From an uncultured cyanobacterium (GTDB lineage: Bacteria; Cyanobacteriota; Cyanobacteriia; Cyanobacteriales; Cyanobacteriaceae): 64,000 nt of DNA. The notes beneath the pieces are model-generated. The model had not been told where the DNA came from and made no database searches. It worked only from the letters and a program-made list of their open reading frames with translations. Each line of letters begins with the position of its first letter. Positions within the stretch are counted from its first letter, which is position 1. The DNA is taken from NCBI GenBank assembly GCA_963710605.1, contig CAVQBA010000002.1, positions 32,001-96,000 of the forward strand. Direction: 5' to 3'. The translations under genes and the position numbers were made by a program. Of the stretch, positions 1 to 11,475 are shown in pieces.

Positions 1-2
1 CT

Positions 3-1640
3 TTAGCACCTTATTACCCCCAAACAGTTAAATACTTTCAAAAAATGCCCAAGGGTGAATACGATCTCAATCGTGTTTATTGGTGGGAAAAAAGATGGCG
101 TGAAAGTGTCAAAAATAAAGTGAATCCCGCTCCCAAACAAGTTTTATTTACTGACAAAACCACAGGGCAAGCTGATTATGATTTAGTTTATGTTGGTGGT
201 GCATTAGGGGCAATTCATGCGGCTTTAATGGCTAAATTAGGTTATTCTGTTTTACTGATTGAGAGGTTAAAGTTTGGCAGAATGAATCGAGAGTGGAATA
301 TTTCTCGTGGTGAATTTCAGGTTTTAATTGATTTGGGTTTATTTACTACTGAAGAATTTGAATCGATTATTGCCGCTGAATATGTTGATGGTTATAGTAA
401 GTTTTTTGATGCGAATAATCCGTCTAACCTCAAAGCGGATATCTTGCATACTCCTACTGTTTTAAATATAGCGATCGATACTAGCAAATTATTAACTTTA
501 TGTGGTGAAAAAATTCATCAATATAACGGTGAAATTTGTGATGAAACCGAATTTGTTAAAGCAACAATTAGTAAAGATTTAGTTACAATTAAGACTTGTG
601 ATTTAGCCACCGATGAAGAAAAAAGTATCACGGCTAGGCTTTTAATTGATGCTATGGGTACAGCTTCACCTATCGCTTGGCAAATAGCAGGAGATAAAAC
701 TTTTGATAGTGTTTGTCCAACTGTTGGGGCAATAGTAGAAGGTTTTTCACCTGAAGTATGGGATAAAGATTATGGTGATGTTTTATTTTCTCATGGTGAT
801 ATTTCTAGAGGCAGACAATTAATTTGGGAGTTGTTTCCCGGAGACGGTAATGAGTTGACTATTTATTTATTCCATTATCATCAGGTGCATGAAGATAATC
901 CCGGCTCATTATTAGAGATGTATGAAGATTTCTTTTCGATTTTACCTGAATATCGTCGTTGCGATATGGATAGTTTAGTTTGGAAAAAACCAACTTTTGG
1001 TTACATCCCCGGTCGATTTACTGTGGGTAAAAACGATCGTAAAATTGCCACTGATAGAGTGTTAGCCATAGGGGATGCGGCTTCGTTGCAATCACCTTTA
1101 ATCTTTACAGGTTTTGGCTCATTAGTACGTAATTTAGGGCGTTTAACTAATTTATTGGATATTGCCTTAAAACATCACTTATTAGATGCCGAATCTCTGA
1201 ATAGAATTCAAGCATATCAAAGTAATATAGCAGTAACTTGGTTGTTTTCTAAAGGAATGATGGTGCCAACTCATCAAACTTTACCTCCTGCTAGAGTAAA
1301 TTCAATGCTCAATACTTTTTTTGGTTTATTGGCAGATGAACCCGAAACAGCGGATACTTTTATTAAGGATAAAACAGACTGGTTAACTTTTAATCGTCTT
1401 GCACTTAAAGCGGCTAGAAAAAACCCTCCTCTATTGTTTTGGATTGTCGAAATGGCAGGGGTAAAAGATTTATTACGTTGGTTAACTTCTTATCAAACTT
1501 TTACAGTTGATGCTTTTAAAAATTTGATTTTTAGTGGTTGGTTTCCTAGTTGGTTAAAATCGCAAGAAGATTGGTTAATTAAAAGTAACCCAAAACTGTG
1601 GTTTAAATTACTAGTATTTAGTTCTAATTTATCCGATTGA
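3..1640 (+). CDS. cruA: CruA-type lycopene cyclase / FAD-dependent oxidoreductase (5' part outside window)
   Basis: Frame is open from the window start (LAPYYPQTVKYFQKM). Rossmann GGALG motif, FGRMNREWNISR and GDAASLQSPL motifs typical of CruA. Confidence 0.75.
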   Translation, partial: LAPYYPQTVKYFQKMPKGEYDLNRVYWWEKRWRESVKNKVNPAPKQVLFTDKTTGQADYDLVYVGGALGAIHAALMAKLGYSVLLIERLKFGRMNREWNISRGEFQVLIDLGLFTTEEFESIIAAEYVDGYSKFFDANNPSNLKADILHTPTVLNIAIDTSKLLTLCGEKIHQYNGEICDETEFVKATISKDLVTIKTCDLATDEEKSITARLLIDAMGTASPIAWQIAGDKTFDSVCPTVGAIVEGFSPEVWDKDYGDVLFSHGDISRGRQLIWELFPGDGNELTIYLFHYHQVHEDNPGSLLEMYEDFFSILPEYRRCDMDSLVWKKPTFGYIPGRFTVGKNDRKIATDRVLAIGDAASLQSPLIFTGFGSLVRNLGRLTNLLDIALKHHLLDAESLNRIQAYQSNIAVTWLFSKGMMVPTHQTLPPARVNSMLNTFFGLLADEPETADTFIKDKTDWLTFNRLALKAARKNPPLLFWIVEMAGVKDLLRWLTSYQTFTVDAFKNLIFSGWFPSWLKSQEDWLIKSNPKLWFKLLVFSSNLSD

Positions 1641-1794
1641 AAGTAATTATTAGTGATTATTTATTCAATAATTTGTTTAAGATAAAAAAATCTATGTGAG
1701 TCTATTATCATCTATCACCATTTAATCAGGATTTTAGGATTACAGGATTTACATGATTTTTTTCTTGAAGTTTTACTCTTTAAAGTAAAGTTGA

Positions 1795-1823
1795 TTGTCA
1801 ATTGTCAATTGTCAATTGTCAAT
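1795..1823. repeat. STRR heptamer tandem repeat (ATTGTCA)x4
   Basis: Directly visible between convergent genes. Similar heptamer tracts at 2860-2890, 9115-9138, 9186-9250, 36620-36647 and 37909-37932. Confidence 0.85.
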
Positions 1824-1834
1824 GATTTCACCAA

Positions 1835-2128
1835 CTATCTCTCGTCGATTGTTTCTGCTTCTGAGTTTTTAAGTAAAGTAAAACGAACTTCATCTATCGC
1901 ATGATTTAATTGATTAATTTTATCTTCTAAATCAACTTTTGTCTCTAAAATCTCATCTTCATCATTCTCATCTATTGTATATTTAATATTTTTTATTCCT
2001 ACACTATTATTAGGGGATAATAGCTCTTTATTTTTGTTAGCAATCAAAGTTCCTAATACACCTCCTACAATACCGCCGATAACAGTACCAAGGAAAAAAC
2101 CACCACTAAAACTACCTTTATTACTCAT
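1835..2128 (-). CDS. small membrane-anchored coiled-coil protein (YtxH-like)
   Basis: N-terminal GFFLGTVIGGIVGGVLG helix and C-terminal LEDKINQLN coiled coil. Confidence 0.7.
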   Translation of the reverse strand: MSNKGSFSGGFFLGTVIGGIVGGVLGTLIANKNKELLSPNNSVGIKNIKYTIDENDEDEILETKVDLEDKINQLNHAIDEVRFTLLKNSEAETIDER

Positions 2129-2204
2129 GATAAATTAACTAAGATTTGTTCTTTTAAAAGTTATTAATATTTTGATAATTAAAATTATTATCATCAGAAT
2201 TAAT

Positions 2205-2855
2205 TTAAGTTCCAAAAGATCGATCGCCAGCATCTCCTAACCCCGGAACAATCAAACCAGAATCATTAACCTGTTCATCAATCATAGCAGTATAGATGTA
2301 TAAACTAGGATATACCAGACTTAATTTTTGTAAAGCTGGTGATGAGGTAACGACAGAAATAATCCGAATAAAGTCGGGATTCCCCCCTCTACTGACAATT
2401 TCTTTTAATGCCGCCATTATTGTCCCACCAGTAGATAAAATAGGCTCTAATACCAAAATACGAGTATCTTCAGCAAACTTTTCTGGCAATTTATTTAGAT
2501 AACAAGTTGCAGTTAAAGTCTCCTCATTTCTTTCCATCCCCAAATGATAAGTTACAGCTAAAGGTAAAACTGTTTGGCTTCCTTCCCAAATAGTCAAACC
2601 TGCCCGAAGAATCGGAATCATAGCAATTACATTTTGAGGATCAATAAATGTCGCATCCGCAACTCCCAAAGGTGTTTCGACTTGAGTATCAATAGTTGGT
2701 AGCCATTGTTTTGTCGCCTCATAAGTAAGCCAACGCCCTAATTCTACCATGGCGGTTTTAAATAGACTTGGGGGAGTATTTTTGTCTCTAGCCACCCCTA
2801 GCCAATGTTTAATTAATGGATGAGGAGGTACGTATATTTTTAGCTGTAATGTCAT
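2205..2855 (-). CDS. upp: uracil phosphoribosyltransferase
   Basis: HPLIKHWL, PILRAG and IVPGLGDAGDRSFGT motifs. Confidence 0.95.
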   Translation of the reverse strand: MTLQLKIYVPPHPLIKHWLGVARDKNTPPSLFKTAMVELGRWLTYEATKQWLPTIDTQVETPLGVADATFIDPQNVIAMIPILRAGLTIWEGSQTVLPLAVTYHLGMERNEETLTATCYLNKLPEKFAEDTRILVLEPILSTGGTIMAALKEIVSRGGNPDFIRIISVVTSSPALQKLSLVYPSLYIYTAMIDEQVNDSGLIVPGLGDAGDRSFGT

Positions 2856-3057
2856 TATAGTTAAAAGTTAAGAGTTAAAAGTTAAGAGTTCAACCTCTCA
2901 ACAACCAATTTATCGACAAATCTTCTTAATAGATATTTAAAAATAACTAATTTTATTAAAGGTTAAAACCCTTATTATAAATAGTTCACAAAAATATTTG
3001 ATCACAAAAGCCTAATATTTACTTTTTAATAATTGATAATTTTCTCGTAATTATAAA

Positions 3058-4353
3058 TTATATACATTTTTGATATATTTCCAGAATTTTATTTGCTTTT
3101 TCATCCCAATCATATAAACTTACTGCTTTTTGATAGCCTCTTTCTCCCATTAATTTTACTAAATCGGGATTTGTCACTAATTTTTTCATTGCGATTGATA
3201 AGTTTTCAATAAAAGACTCTTTATTATCAGGATCGACTAAAATACCACAAGAGTCATCTAGATAATCAGCAGGACCGCCCCAATTAGTCGCAATAACAGG
3301 AACTTTCATCGCCATCGCTTCTAAAACAACAGCTCCACCACATTCGTATAAACTAGGTAGTACCATAATTTGTGCTTGTTCTAAATGCTTAGCACATTCT
3401 TGTTGAGGTAATTGTCCTCGAAAAACTATGTGAGAATTGTTTGTGTCTTTATTTTGTTCTAAACCTAAAGATTTCGCTTGTTGTTCTAAATTACTCCTTT
3501 GCTTTCCATCACCAATAATGTCTAAACAAATTGTATATTCTGGTAATGTTGTAACTAAATTAGCAAATGCTGTAATAAGTAAGTCAACCCCTTTCCAATC
3601 AACTAAACGTCCGATATAGATTATTTTTAAACATTTATCCTCGTTGTCATCATAGTTAGGCTTGTCTTCGTTATTATCTATTGGCGACGTATTCCAGATC
3701 GATAAATCAATACCATTTTCGACTAGTTCCATAATTTGAGATGAGCTATTTTTAACTGGTTTAGGAAGAGCATTTTTAGTTCTTTGGTTGGCAACGAGTA
3801 AAACAGCTGCTTTTCTTTTACCAGGAATCAAAATATTCATTATATTAGCTAAATATCTTGCTGATTTTTCTAAAAAATTAACCCCAATTGTCTCTCTTAC
3901 TTGAAATGCCTGAGGATAATTCATTCCACCATTCATAGGACCTATCACCACAGGTACTCCCATATTATAAATCATAGAAGGTAGTTTGGGTGAAACTGGT
4001 ATAGGTTGATGGATAATATCTATTTGGTATTTTTCAATCAAATATTTCGCCAGTTTAACTTGATTAATTTGTGTGATTGTCCGTGACAAACTACCAAAAG
4101 TAAAGTAATAAATTTTGGCGGGTAAGAATTTGTTGAAACTGAAAAGAAATTTGTACAGTATATTATCTTCAATATAAAAAATTTTGTCTAAATCATCAGG
4201 AAAAAGGGTTCTAAGTTCTTCTTTTCTTCTTCCATGTACTATCATCCAGACATTAATTTTTTTTTTCCTTAGAACTCGAAAATAATGTAATGGTAATGCC
4301 GCTTCACCTCCATATTTTAAGGAGGCATTTTCTGAGATAATAAGTATATTCAT
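3058..4353 (-). CDS. GT4 family glycosyltransferase
   Basis: GRLVDWKG and ECGGAVVLEAMA (EX7E) motifs; likely start MNILIIS at 4353. Confidence 0.9.
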   Translation of the reverse strand: MNILIISENASLKYGGEAALPLHYFRVLRKKKINVWMIVHGRRKEELRTLFPDDLDKIFYIEDNILYKFLFSFNKFLPAKIYYFTFGSLSRTITQINQVKLAKYLIEKYQIDIIHQPIPVSPKLPSMIYNMGVPVVIGPMNGGMNYPQAFQVRETIGVNFLEKSARYLANIMNILIPGKRKAAVLLVANQRTKNALPKPVKNSSSQIMELVENGIDLSIWNTSPIDNNEDKPNYDDNEDKCLKIIYIGRLVDWKGVDLLITAFANLVTTLPEYTICLDIIGDGKQRSNLEQQAKSLGLEQNKDTNNSHIVFRGQLPQQECAKHLEQAQIMVLPSLYECGGAVVLEAMAMKVPVIATNWGGPADYLDDSCGILVDPDNKESFIENLSIAMKKLVTNPDLVKLMGERGYQKAVSLYDWDEKANKILEIYQKCI

Positions 4354-4550
4354 TAGTACAAATATTTTTGATAAAAACAACCACAAACATTCAAGTTTTA
4401 ATTGTAGAACAGGAAGTAGTGAACAAATCAATAACTTTATTGTTGGAAAGATAAACTCAACCTAAGTATAACTTGTGTTTTTATTAATATTTGTTTTATT
4501 TCTTGCATTTTATCCTGTTTTTATTTCAAAAATGTTTGCTATTTAATTGT

Positions 4551-4850
4551 TTAAGTCTCGTCAAAATTACTATAACAAGTAGAATTTTTGTAAAAATCAA
4601 AACAATTAATAGCTGATTCAGAAAAAGCAGTCGAAGGATTAACCGTACATCTCAAATAATGATTATTAGTAGAGTAACGACAAGAATGACAAGGGATTTG
4701 GTGCATAGTGGCAGAGCGTTTACGTACATCAACAATAGAGGATACGATCGTCGAAATAAACATCGCCGAAAATAACCATGCAAACAAAAACAAAATTGGC
4801 TGTAAAAAAGCACTATAGCGAGCCAACAAACTAGTTACTAGAGGAATCAT
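4551..4850 (-). CDS. conserved cyanobacterial membrane protein with Cys-rich C-terminus
   Basis: TM helix followed by QIPCxxCxY...LRCTVNP...AINCxDF. Confidence 0.65.
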   Translation of the reverse strand: MIPLVTSLLARYSAFLQPILFLFAWLFSAMFISTIVSSIVDVRKRSATMHQIPCHSCRYSTNNHYLRCTVNPSTAFSESAINCFDFYKNSTCYSNFDET

Positions 4851-4946
4851 AGTTATCTCAAAAGTAAATGTGACCAATAATTAAAAATTGCTCAGCAGAT
4901 TAGAATAATAATTAATTATTAACTATATAACTATTACCTATGAATA

Positions 4947-5867
4947 TCAACTAGTTTGTAACAAAGATACGAATTTGCTTAATTGTTCTTGATTAAAAAC
5001 CTTATTCAGCATTTCCGCCGCCATTACAGGATCGACAGTAATCAAGACTTGTGGTAACTTAGAATGAGCAAGTTGTTCTAAACCTTGAGAAGGTGTAATT
5101 TCAGAACCTTTACCAACTTCTAAACAATCACCACCTAATTTAATTTCTTTGATTACTACAGGTGCTAACAACAGATAAGAATGTTTTGGATTGATGATTG
5201 CCGTTTTGGAGCATTTAAGCAAATTTTGCCAACCATTTTCATCAGGTGCAATTTGAGCTAACTTATCGCACATAGATTGTAACTGCTGACGATTATTCGG
5301 AGTTGGTTCTTGTTTGAAAATAGCCAACATTTGTTGTAAGATTTGTCTTACCTGCATGATGATTTCATCTTGAGGAATACGCACTAAAGAAGGAGAAACA
5401 GCCCTAACGTCTGCTGATGTCAATTTAGGTGCTTGAGGAATGTCTGATTGAGCTAGTTGTTCGATGTAGCTTAATAGTTCGACAAAATGAGGCTCAGCCG
5501 CTTCTAGAATTTCATCACCGTCTTCTTCTGTTAATCCTAATGGCCCTTGTAATCTTTGTAATAATTCTTGAATAATATCATATGTTTTTAAAAACAAACT
5601 TTCTAAGGTTTGATCCGGATTAATATTTTCATCTCGTAAAATTTTAAACGCATCTTCTAAACGGTGAGAGGTTTTTTGGATACTAGTAAAATTGAGCATC
5701 GCCGCACCACCTTTAATTGAATGGGCGGCACGAAATAACTCATTAACTGTCTCTTCGTCTTCTACGGCGGCGGATAAATCAAGAATTCCTTTTTCGATCG
5801 TTTCTAAATGTTCTTTTGCTTCTTCGATAAAATAACCGATAATTTTCTCATTGTTGGCATTATCCAT
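4947..5867 (-). CDS. Hpt domain-containing protein (CheA P1-like)
   Basis: FIEEAKEHL...LFRAAHSIKGGAAML phosphoacceptor motif; no kinase domain. Confidence 0.9.
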   Translation of the reverse strand: MDNANNEKIIGYFIEEAKEHLETIEKGILDLSAAVEDEETVNELFRAAHSIKGGAAMLNFTSIQKTSHRLEDAFKILRDENINPDQTLESLFLKTYDIIQELLQRLQGPLGLTEEDGDEILEAAEPHFVELLSYIEQLAQSDIPQAPKLTSADVRAVSPSLVRIPQDEIIMQVRQILQQMLAIFKQEPTPNNRQQLQSMCDKLAQIAPDENGWQNLLKCSKTAIINPKHSYLLLAPVVIKEIKLGGDCLEVGKGSEITPSQGLEQLAHSKLPQVLITVDPVMAAEMLNKVFNQEQLSKFVSLLQTS

Positions 5868-6044
5868 TTTTACTGCTCCTATATCAAGTGAACAATCATT
5901 TTTGTACTAAAATTATAAGCTATCTACTTTAATAAGCTAATAGCCTTAAGCTTACTTTGTGGCTGGAGCAAATACTCCTTTATTTGTCTATAATAATAAC
6001 CGATCCCTAGTATTAATCCACATTAAGTAAAGATAAGCAAAAAT

Positions 6045-7223
6045 ATGATTGCTCGTCCGATATATTTAGATGGTCATGCCACAACTCAAGTAGATTCTAG
6101 AGTAATCTCTGCTATGCTCCCTTATTTTAATGAATATTACGGTAATCCTTCTAGTAACGCACATATTTATGGCTGGGAAGCTCAAACGGCAGTTAAGCAA
6201 GCTAGAGAAGCAATTGCACTAGCAATCAATGCGAATGATAACGAAATAATTTTCACAAGTGGTGCGACTGAAGCTAATAATTTGGCGATTAAAGGAGTTG
6301 CGGAGGCTTATTTTAGTCAAGGAAAACACATAATTACTTGTCAAACAGAACATCGTGCGGTAATCGAGCCTTGTGAATATTTACAAACTTTAGGGTTTGA
6401 AGTAACCTATTTACCTGTACAAGCTAATGGTTTGATTGATTTAGCGCTACTTGAAAAAACTATTCGTGAGGATACAGTTTTAGTTTCGATTATGGTTGCT
6501 AACAACGAAATTGGTGTAATACAAAATATTGCCAAAATAGGTTCTCTTTGTCAGAATAAAAACGTACTATTTCATACAGATGCCGCTCAAGCGATCGGTA
6601 AAATAAATTTAGATGTGCAAGAAATGAAGATTAACTTAATGTCTTTAACTGCTCATAAAATACATGGAGTTAAGGGAATAGGTGCTTTATATATTAGTCG
6701 TAAAAATCCTCGTGTTAAATTAGCATCGCAAATACAAGGAGGAGGGCAAGAAAATGGCTTTCGCTCAGGCACATTACAGACACCACAAATAGTTGCTTTC
6801 GCTGAAGCTATCAAAATAGCCTTAAATGAATTAGAAAGCGAAAATCAACGACAAAAACAATTAAGAGATTATTTATGGCAACAATTAAAGCAATTAGATA
6901 ATGTTCATCTTAATGGAGATATCGATCGACGTTTAGCAGGTAACTTAAATATCAGTATTGAGGGAGTTAACGGCTCAGCTTTACTCTTAGCATTACAATC
7001 AAAAGTAGCTATCTCTTCTGGCTCAGCTTGCTCTTCGACAAATACCCAACCTTCCCATGTCTTAAAAGCATTAGGACATTCTGATAGCCTAGCTCGTGCT
7101 TCAATTCGTTTTGGAATAGGACGTTTTAATACCCAAGAGCAAATAGAGCAAGTTGCTGAATTTACCGTTAAAACAGTCAACAGTTTACGTCGAGCCAAAA
7201 GACAATTGACAGTTGACAATTAA
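6045..7223 (+). CDS. iscS: cysteine desulfurase
   Basis: YLDGHATT, FTSGATEANN, HTDAAQ, TAHKIHG (PLP Lys) and SSGSACSS motifs. Confidence 0.93.
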   Translation: MIARPIYLDGHATTQVDSRVISAMLPYFNEYYGNPSSNAHIYGWEAQTAVKQAREAIALAINANDNEIIFTSGATEANNLAIKGVAEAYFSQGKHIITCQTEHRAVIEPCEYLQTLGFEVTYLPVQANGLIDLALLEKTIREDTVLVSIMVANNEIGVIQNIAKIGSLCQNKNVLFHTDAAQAIGKINLDVQEMKINLMSLTAHKIHGVKGIGALYISRKNPRVKLASQIQGGGQENGFRSGTLQTPQIVAFAEAIKIALNELESENQRQKQLRDYLWQQLKQLDNVHLNGDIDRRLAGNLNISIEGVNGSALLLALQSKVAISSGSACSSTNTQPSHVLKALGHSDSLARASIRFGIGRFNTQEQIEQVAEFTVKTVNSLRRAKRQLTVDN

Positions 7224-7518
7224 GTGAAATATCATAATACTGCTAAAAAATTACATATTTAGATTTTGACTTTTAATTCTGATTGATTATCTAATTAACC
7301 TCAATTACAGTTAAGCTAAAAGTGCGAAGTAGTTCCACCTAAATAAAAGAAAGTTTGTACTTACCCCTTTGAGGGGCTACTAACAAGCTATTAAGATAAG
7401 GGCTAAAGCCCATACTACGAACTTAATCTTTCTGACGTTTAATTAATTGGGGCTACTTATTTGATAATCAATAGTTTAAAGGCTGAGAGTCTTAAATATT
7501 ATCATCGATAAAGTGCGA

Positions 7519-7681
7519 TATAGTTGTTTCAAATAAAAATGAGACACGAGTGATGAATCTAAATTTAAGTTTAATTTATTAAACGAACAGGATATTAGCC
7601 TTGCACGATAGTTCAAGGTGGGTTTAATACTTTGGTTTTAGTATTGTTCTTACTGTCTTAATCTTAATTGAAATGACTATA
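7519..7681 (+). mobile_element. MITE family A copy 1 (TATAGT...ACTATA ends)
   Basis: Terminal inverted repeats; core AGTTTAATTTATTAAAC..TTAGCCTTG..CAAGGTGGGTTTAATAC shared with 11476-11639, 19154-19220, 48608-48775 and 57108-57292. Confidence 0.75.
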
Positions 7682-7851
7682 ACTTGGAAACTACTATCTC
7701 TTACCACCGAACTTACGTTCGTTCGTTAAATTAAAGAGACACAATCATTACATGAAAAAATTTAACAATTTACACCAAAAAAAGGCAATATAGTCTATAA
7801 CTTATTCATTAACCAAAATTTACTGCTTAAACCAAATCAGGGGAATAAAAA

Positions 7852-9105
7852 GTGACCATCAAAATCTCGAATACTCATGGAGAAAATCCAAAAAATCCTA
7901 ACAAAATTAATCAAAAGAGTAAAGATAATCGCTTCACAATAGTTTCCCAAAATAAAGCTGATTCCAAAACAAATAAGACTAATCGTTTTGTTTATGACAA
8001 GCCGAAAATTGTACCGCCTCCTGCCAAACCAGTTAGTTTTGTTAATAAATTTATTAATACACTTTTTCGTTTAAGTATTATTGGTGTAGGAATAGGTACT
8101 ATATTTGGAACTTTTTTAGCTAATCGAGATTTGACTAAGCCTTTATTTCCTAAAGTAAATTTGCCTTTTATGGCTAAGATTTTTCCTGAGAGTCAAACTA
8201 GTGAAAATAAGACAGTTGCCGATTCGACAGCAGATAAAAAAGAAGAGACTAATAAATCAACAAATCTGGTTAATAATTTAGTTACTGAGATTAATTTTTC
8301 TAAGGAAGAAAGTGGGCTGAAGCAAAAATTAAATGAGTTAACAGCGAAATATCCTCAACTTGAAGCTAGTATTTTCTTTGTTGATTTAGATAATGGTGTT
8401 TATGTTAATGCAAATGGGATTAAACCTCTTCCTGCGGCAAGTACGATTAAAATACCTGTTTTGATTGCTTTTTTACAAGATGTTGATGAAGGTAAAATAT
8501 ATTTAGATGAAGAGTTAACCATGACCGAAGCTAATCGTGTTAGTGGTTCAGGTGGCATACAATATAAGGGTGTTGGTAAAAAGTATAGTGCGATCGATGT
8601 AGCGACGCAAATGATTATTAACAGTGATAATGCCGCTACAGAAATGATTATCGAACGTTTAGGAGGAAAAGATCAACTTAATGAACGTTTTTGGGAATGG
8701 GGTTTAGAAAGTACAATGATTAAAAATCTGTTACCTGATTTAGAAGGTACAAATACTACTAGTGCCAGAGATTTGGCTTTGTTATTAGCTAAAGTAAATC
8801 AAGGTCAACTTATCTCTTTGCGATCGCGCGATCGTTTAATGGATATTATGACGAGAACAAAAACCCGTACTTTGTTACCTCAAGGAATTGAAGACGGAGC
8901 GATGATTGCTCATAAAACAGGAGATATTGGTAAAGCCTTAGCTGATGCAGGAATTATTGATATGCCTACAGGTAAACGTTATGTTGGTGCTGTCATCGTT
9001 ACCCGCCCTCATAATGACCCCGCTGCACGTACTTTAATACAAGACATATCTGGTACGACTTATCAACATTTCAAATGGTATTTACCTCGTTCTAGCAACT
9101 ACTAG
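7852..9105 (+). CDS. membrane-anchored serine hydrolase, class A beta-lactamase/PBP-A-like
   Basis: ASTIK (SxxK), SDN and HKTG motifs; N-terminal TM helix. Confidence 0.88.
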   Translation: MTIKISNTHGENPKNPNKINQKSKDNRFTIVSQNKADSKTNKTNRFVYDKPKIVPPPAKPVSFVNKFINTLFRLSIIGVGIGTIFGTFLANRDLTKPLFPKVNLPFMAKIFPESQTSENKTVADSTADKKEETNKSTNLVNNLVTEINFSKEESGLKQKLNELTAKYPQLEASIFFVDLDNGVYVNANGIKPLPAASTIKIPVLIAFLQDVDEGKIYLDEELTMTEANRVSGSGGIQYKGVGKKYSAIDVATQMIINSDNAATEMIIERLGGKDQLNERFWEWGLESTMIKNLLPDLEGTNTTSARDLALLLAKVNQGQLISLRSRDRLMDIMTRTKTRTLLPQGIEDGAMIAHKTGDIGKALADAGIIDMPTGKRYVGAVIVTRPHNDPAARTLIQDISGTTYQHFKWYLPRSSNY

Positions 9106-9258
9106 GAGTGAAAAGTTAAGAATTAAGAGTTAAGAGTTGATAAATAAAAAAGAATTTGGAATTGTTAAACTAACACTTCTTACTTATTACTCCTTACTCC
9201 TTACTCCTTTCCAACTATCAACTATCAACTATCAACTATCAACTATCAACTAAATATC

Positions 9259-11415
9259 ATGACTATTGAGTCTATGAAAGAAGAAACGATCGATCTCAAC
9301 GATTATCAATATTATTTTAACCGAGAAGTTAGTTGGTTAGAATTTAACCGTCGAGTTTTACAAGAAGCTTTAAACGAAAAAACTCCATTACTAGAAAGAT
9401 TAAAATTTACGGCTATTTTTAGTGCTAATTTAGATGAATTTTTCATGGTAAGAGTTGCCGCTTTAAAAAGACAGATAGAGGCAGAAGTTACTAAAAGAAG
9501 TCTGGATGGGCGTAATGCGATCGAGCAAATAAAAGATATTAATACTCGATTGCGTCCGATGGTAAAGCTACAAACAGATAATTTTGAGACTAACCTTAAA
9601 AAAAATCTAACGCTTGAAGGTATTCATTTACTTGATTTTGTTGATCTTAATCAAGAACAAAGAGAATATATTAGTACTTATTTTAACGGTAATATTTTTC
9701 CCGTCTTAACACCTTTAGCAGTAGATACAAGTCATCCTTTTCCTCACGTTTCTAATCTAAGTCTTAATTTAGCTGTTGTGGTTAAAAATCCAGAAACAGG
9801 AGCAGAATTGTTTGCTCGGGTTAAAGTACCTAAAAGTTTACCTAGATTTGTTTGTTTTCCTGATGATTTAAAACAAGTAAGTTATAAGCATGATCAAACT
9901 CCTTTTTGGGTTGGTGTACCCTTAGAGCAAGTTATAGCACATCATTTAGCCGCTTTATTCCCCGGAATGGATGTACAAGAATGTTATAATTTTCGTCTAA
10001 CTCGTGATGCAGATTTAGGTGTACAAGAAGATGAAGCTGATGACTTATTATTAGCCATTCAACAAGAGTTACGTAAACGTCATTTTGCTGGCTCATCAGT
10101 ACGTTTAGAAATTAATTCGAGTATGCCTGAAAACATTAAAGAAACTCTAATGCACGGCTTATCTTTAACTGAAATGGATATTTATACCATTGATGGATTA
10201 ATCGGTTTGAAAGATTTATTTGTTTTAGCTAGTTTACCCTTACCTGAATTAAAAGATATTCCTTGGAGTGGCGTTGTGCCTAAAGCTTTTGAAAAATTGC
10301 AAGTAACGCCGGCAAATGAAGAAGAAGAACAAAATATTAGTAACGAATTTTTTGCTAAGATTCGTAAGGCTGATTTGATGGTACACCATCCTTATCATTC
10401 TTTTTCTGGTACAGTTCAACAGTTTATCACTCAATCTGCTCATGATCCTAATGTGATGGCGATCAAAATGACTCTTTATCGTACCTCTGGTAATTCACCG
10501 ATCGTTAAAGCCTTAATTGAAGCTGTTGAGAATGGTAAACAAGTCGTTGTCTTAGTAGAATTAAAAGCCCGTTTTGATGAAGAAAATAATATCATTTGGG
10601 CAAGAAAATTAGAAAAAATGGGTGTTCATGTTGTCTATGGTATCGTTGGTTTAAAAACACACACCAAAATTGTTTTAGTTGTACGTAAAGAGAAAGAAAA
10701 AATACGTCGTTATGTTCATATTGGTACTGGCAATTATAATCCGAAAACATCCAAACTTTATACCGATATCGGTTTGATTAGTGCGAATGAAGATTTGGGT
10801 GCTGATTTAACTGATTTGTTTAATTTTTTAACTGGCTACTCCAAACAAAAGTCTTTTCGTAAATTACTTGTCGCTCCGACAACGATGCGTACACGTATAA
10901 TTGAAATGATCGATCGAGAAGCTCAACATTGCCTTGAAGGTAACAGTGGCAGAATTGTAGCTAAAATGAATTCCTTAGTTGATTTAGAAATGATTAAAGC
11001 TTTATATAAAGCCTCTCAAGCAGGAGTAAAAATCGACTTAATTATCCGAGGTATTTGTTGTTTACGCCCTGGTGTTGAAAACATAAGTGAAAACATAAAC
11101 GTGATTAGTATAATTGGGCGTTTTTTAGAACATTCACGAGTTTTTTATTTTCATAACAATTCTGAAGAAGAAATTTATATAGGTAGTGCTGATTGGATGA
11201 CTCGGAATTTATCTCGCAGAGTAGAAGCAGTAACCCCAATAGAAAGCCCTAAACTTTTAGCCCAATTACAAGAAATACTTGGTATCATGTTGGCTGATAA
11301 TGTTCAAGCGTGGGATTTACAACCTGATGGTAGTTATATTCAACGTCAACCAAATTCAAAAGAAAAAGAATTAGGCACTCATCAAAAACTAATGGAAATG
11401 GCAAGTTTAGAATAA
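9259..11415 (+). CDS. ppk1: polyphosphate kinase 1
   Basis: FNREVSWLEFN, ELKARFDEENN, LKTHTK, GRFLEHSR motifs. Confidence 0.97.
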   Translation: MTIESMKEETIDLNDYQYYFNREVSWLEFNRRVLQEALNEKTPLLERLKFTAIFSANLDEFFMVRVAALKRQIEAEVTKRSLDGRNAIEQIKDINTRLRPMVKLQTDNFETNLKKNLTLEGIHLLDFVDLNQEQREYISTYFNGNIFPVLTPLAVDTSHPFPHVSNLSLNLAVVVKNPETGAELFARVKVPKSLPRFVCFPDDLKQVSYKHDQTPFWVGVPLEQVIAHHLAALFPGMDVQECYNFRLTRDADLGVQEDEADDLLLAIQQELRKRHFAGSSVRLEINSSMPENIKETLMHGLSLTEMDIYTIDGLIGLKDLFVLASLPLPELKDIPWSGVVPKAFEKLQVTPANEEEEQNISNEFFAKIRKADLMVHHPYHSFSGTVQQFITQSAHDPNVMAIKMTLYRTSGNSPIVKALIEAVENGKQVVVLVELKARFDEENNIIWARKLEKMGVHVVYGIVGLKTHTKIVLVVRKEKEKIRRYVHIGTGNYNPKTSKLYTDIGLISANEDLGADLTDLFNFLTGYSKQKSFRKLLVAPTTMRTRIIEMIDREAQHCLEGNSGRIVAKMNSLVDLEMIKALYKASQAGVKIDLIIRGICCLRPGVENISENINVISIIGRFLEHSRVFYFHNNSEEEIYIGSADWMTRNLSRRVEAVTPIESPKLLAQLQEILGIMLADNVQAWDLQPDGSYIQRQPNSKEKELGTHQKLMEMASLE

Positions 11416-11475
11416 TGGAGAATTGCTTTTCTAACATGATTATTGTATATCCATATTCGATCGTAAACATATATG

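Noticed and set aside
7852-9105. Acquired beta-lactam resistance gene
   Set aside because: Membrane-anchored PBP-A-like serine hydrolases are ordinary chromosomal genes in cyanobacteria.
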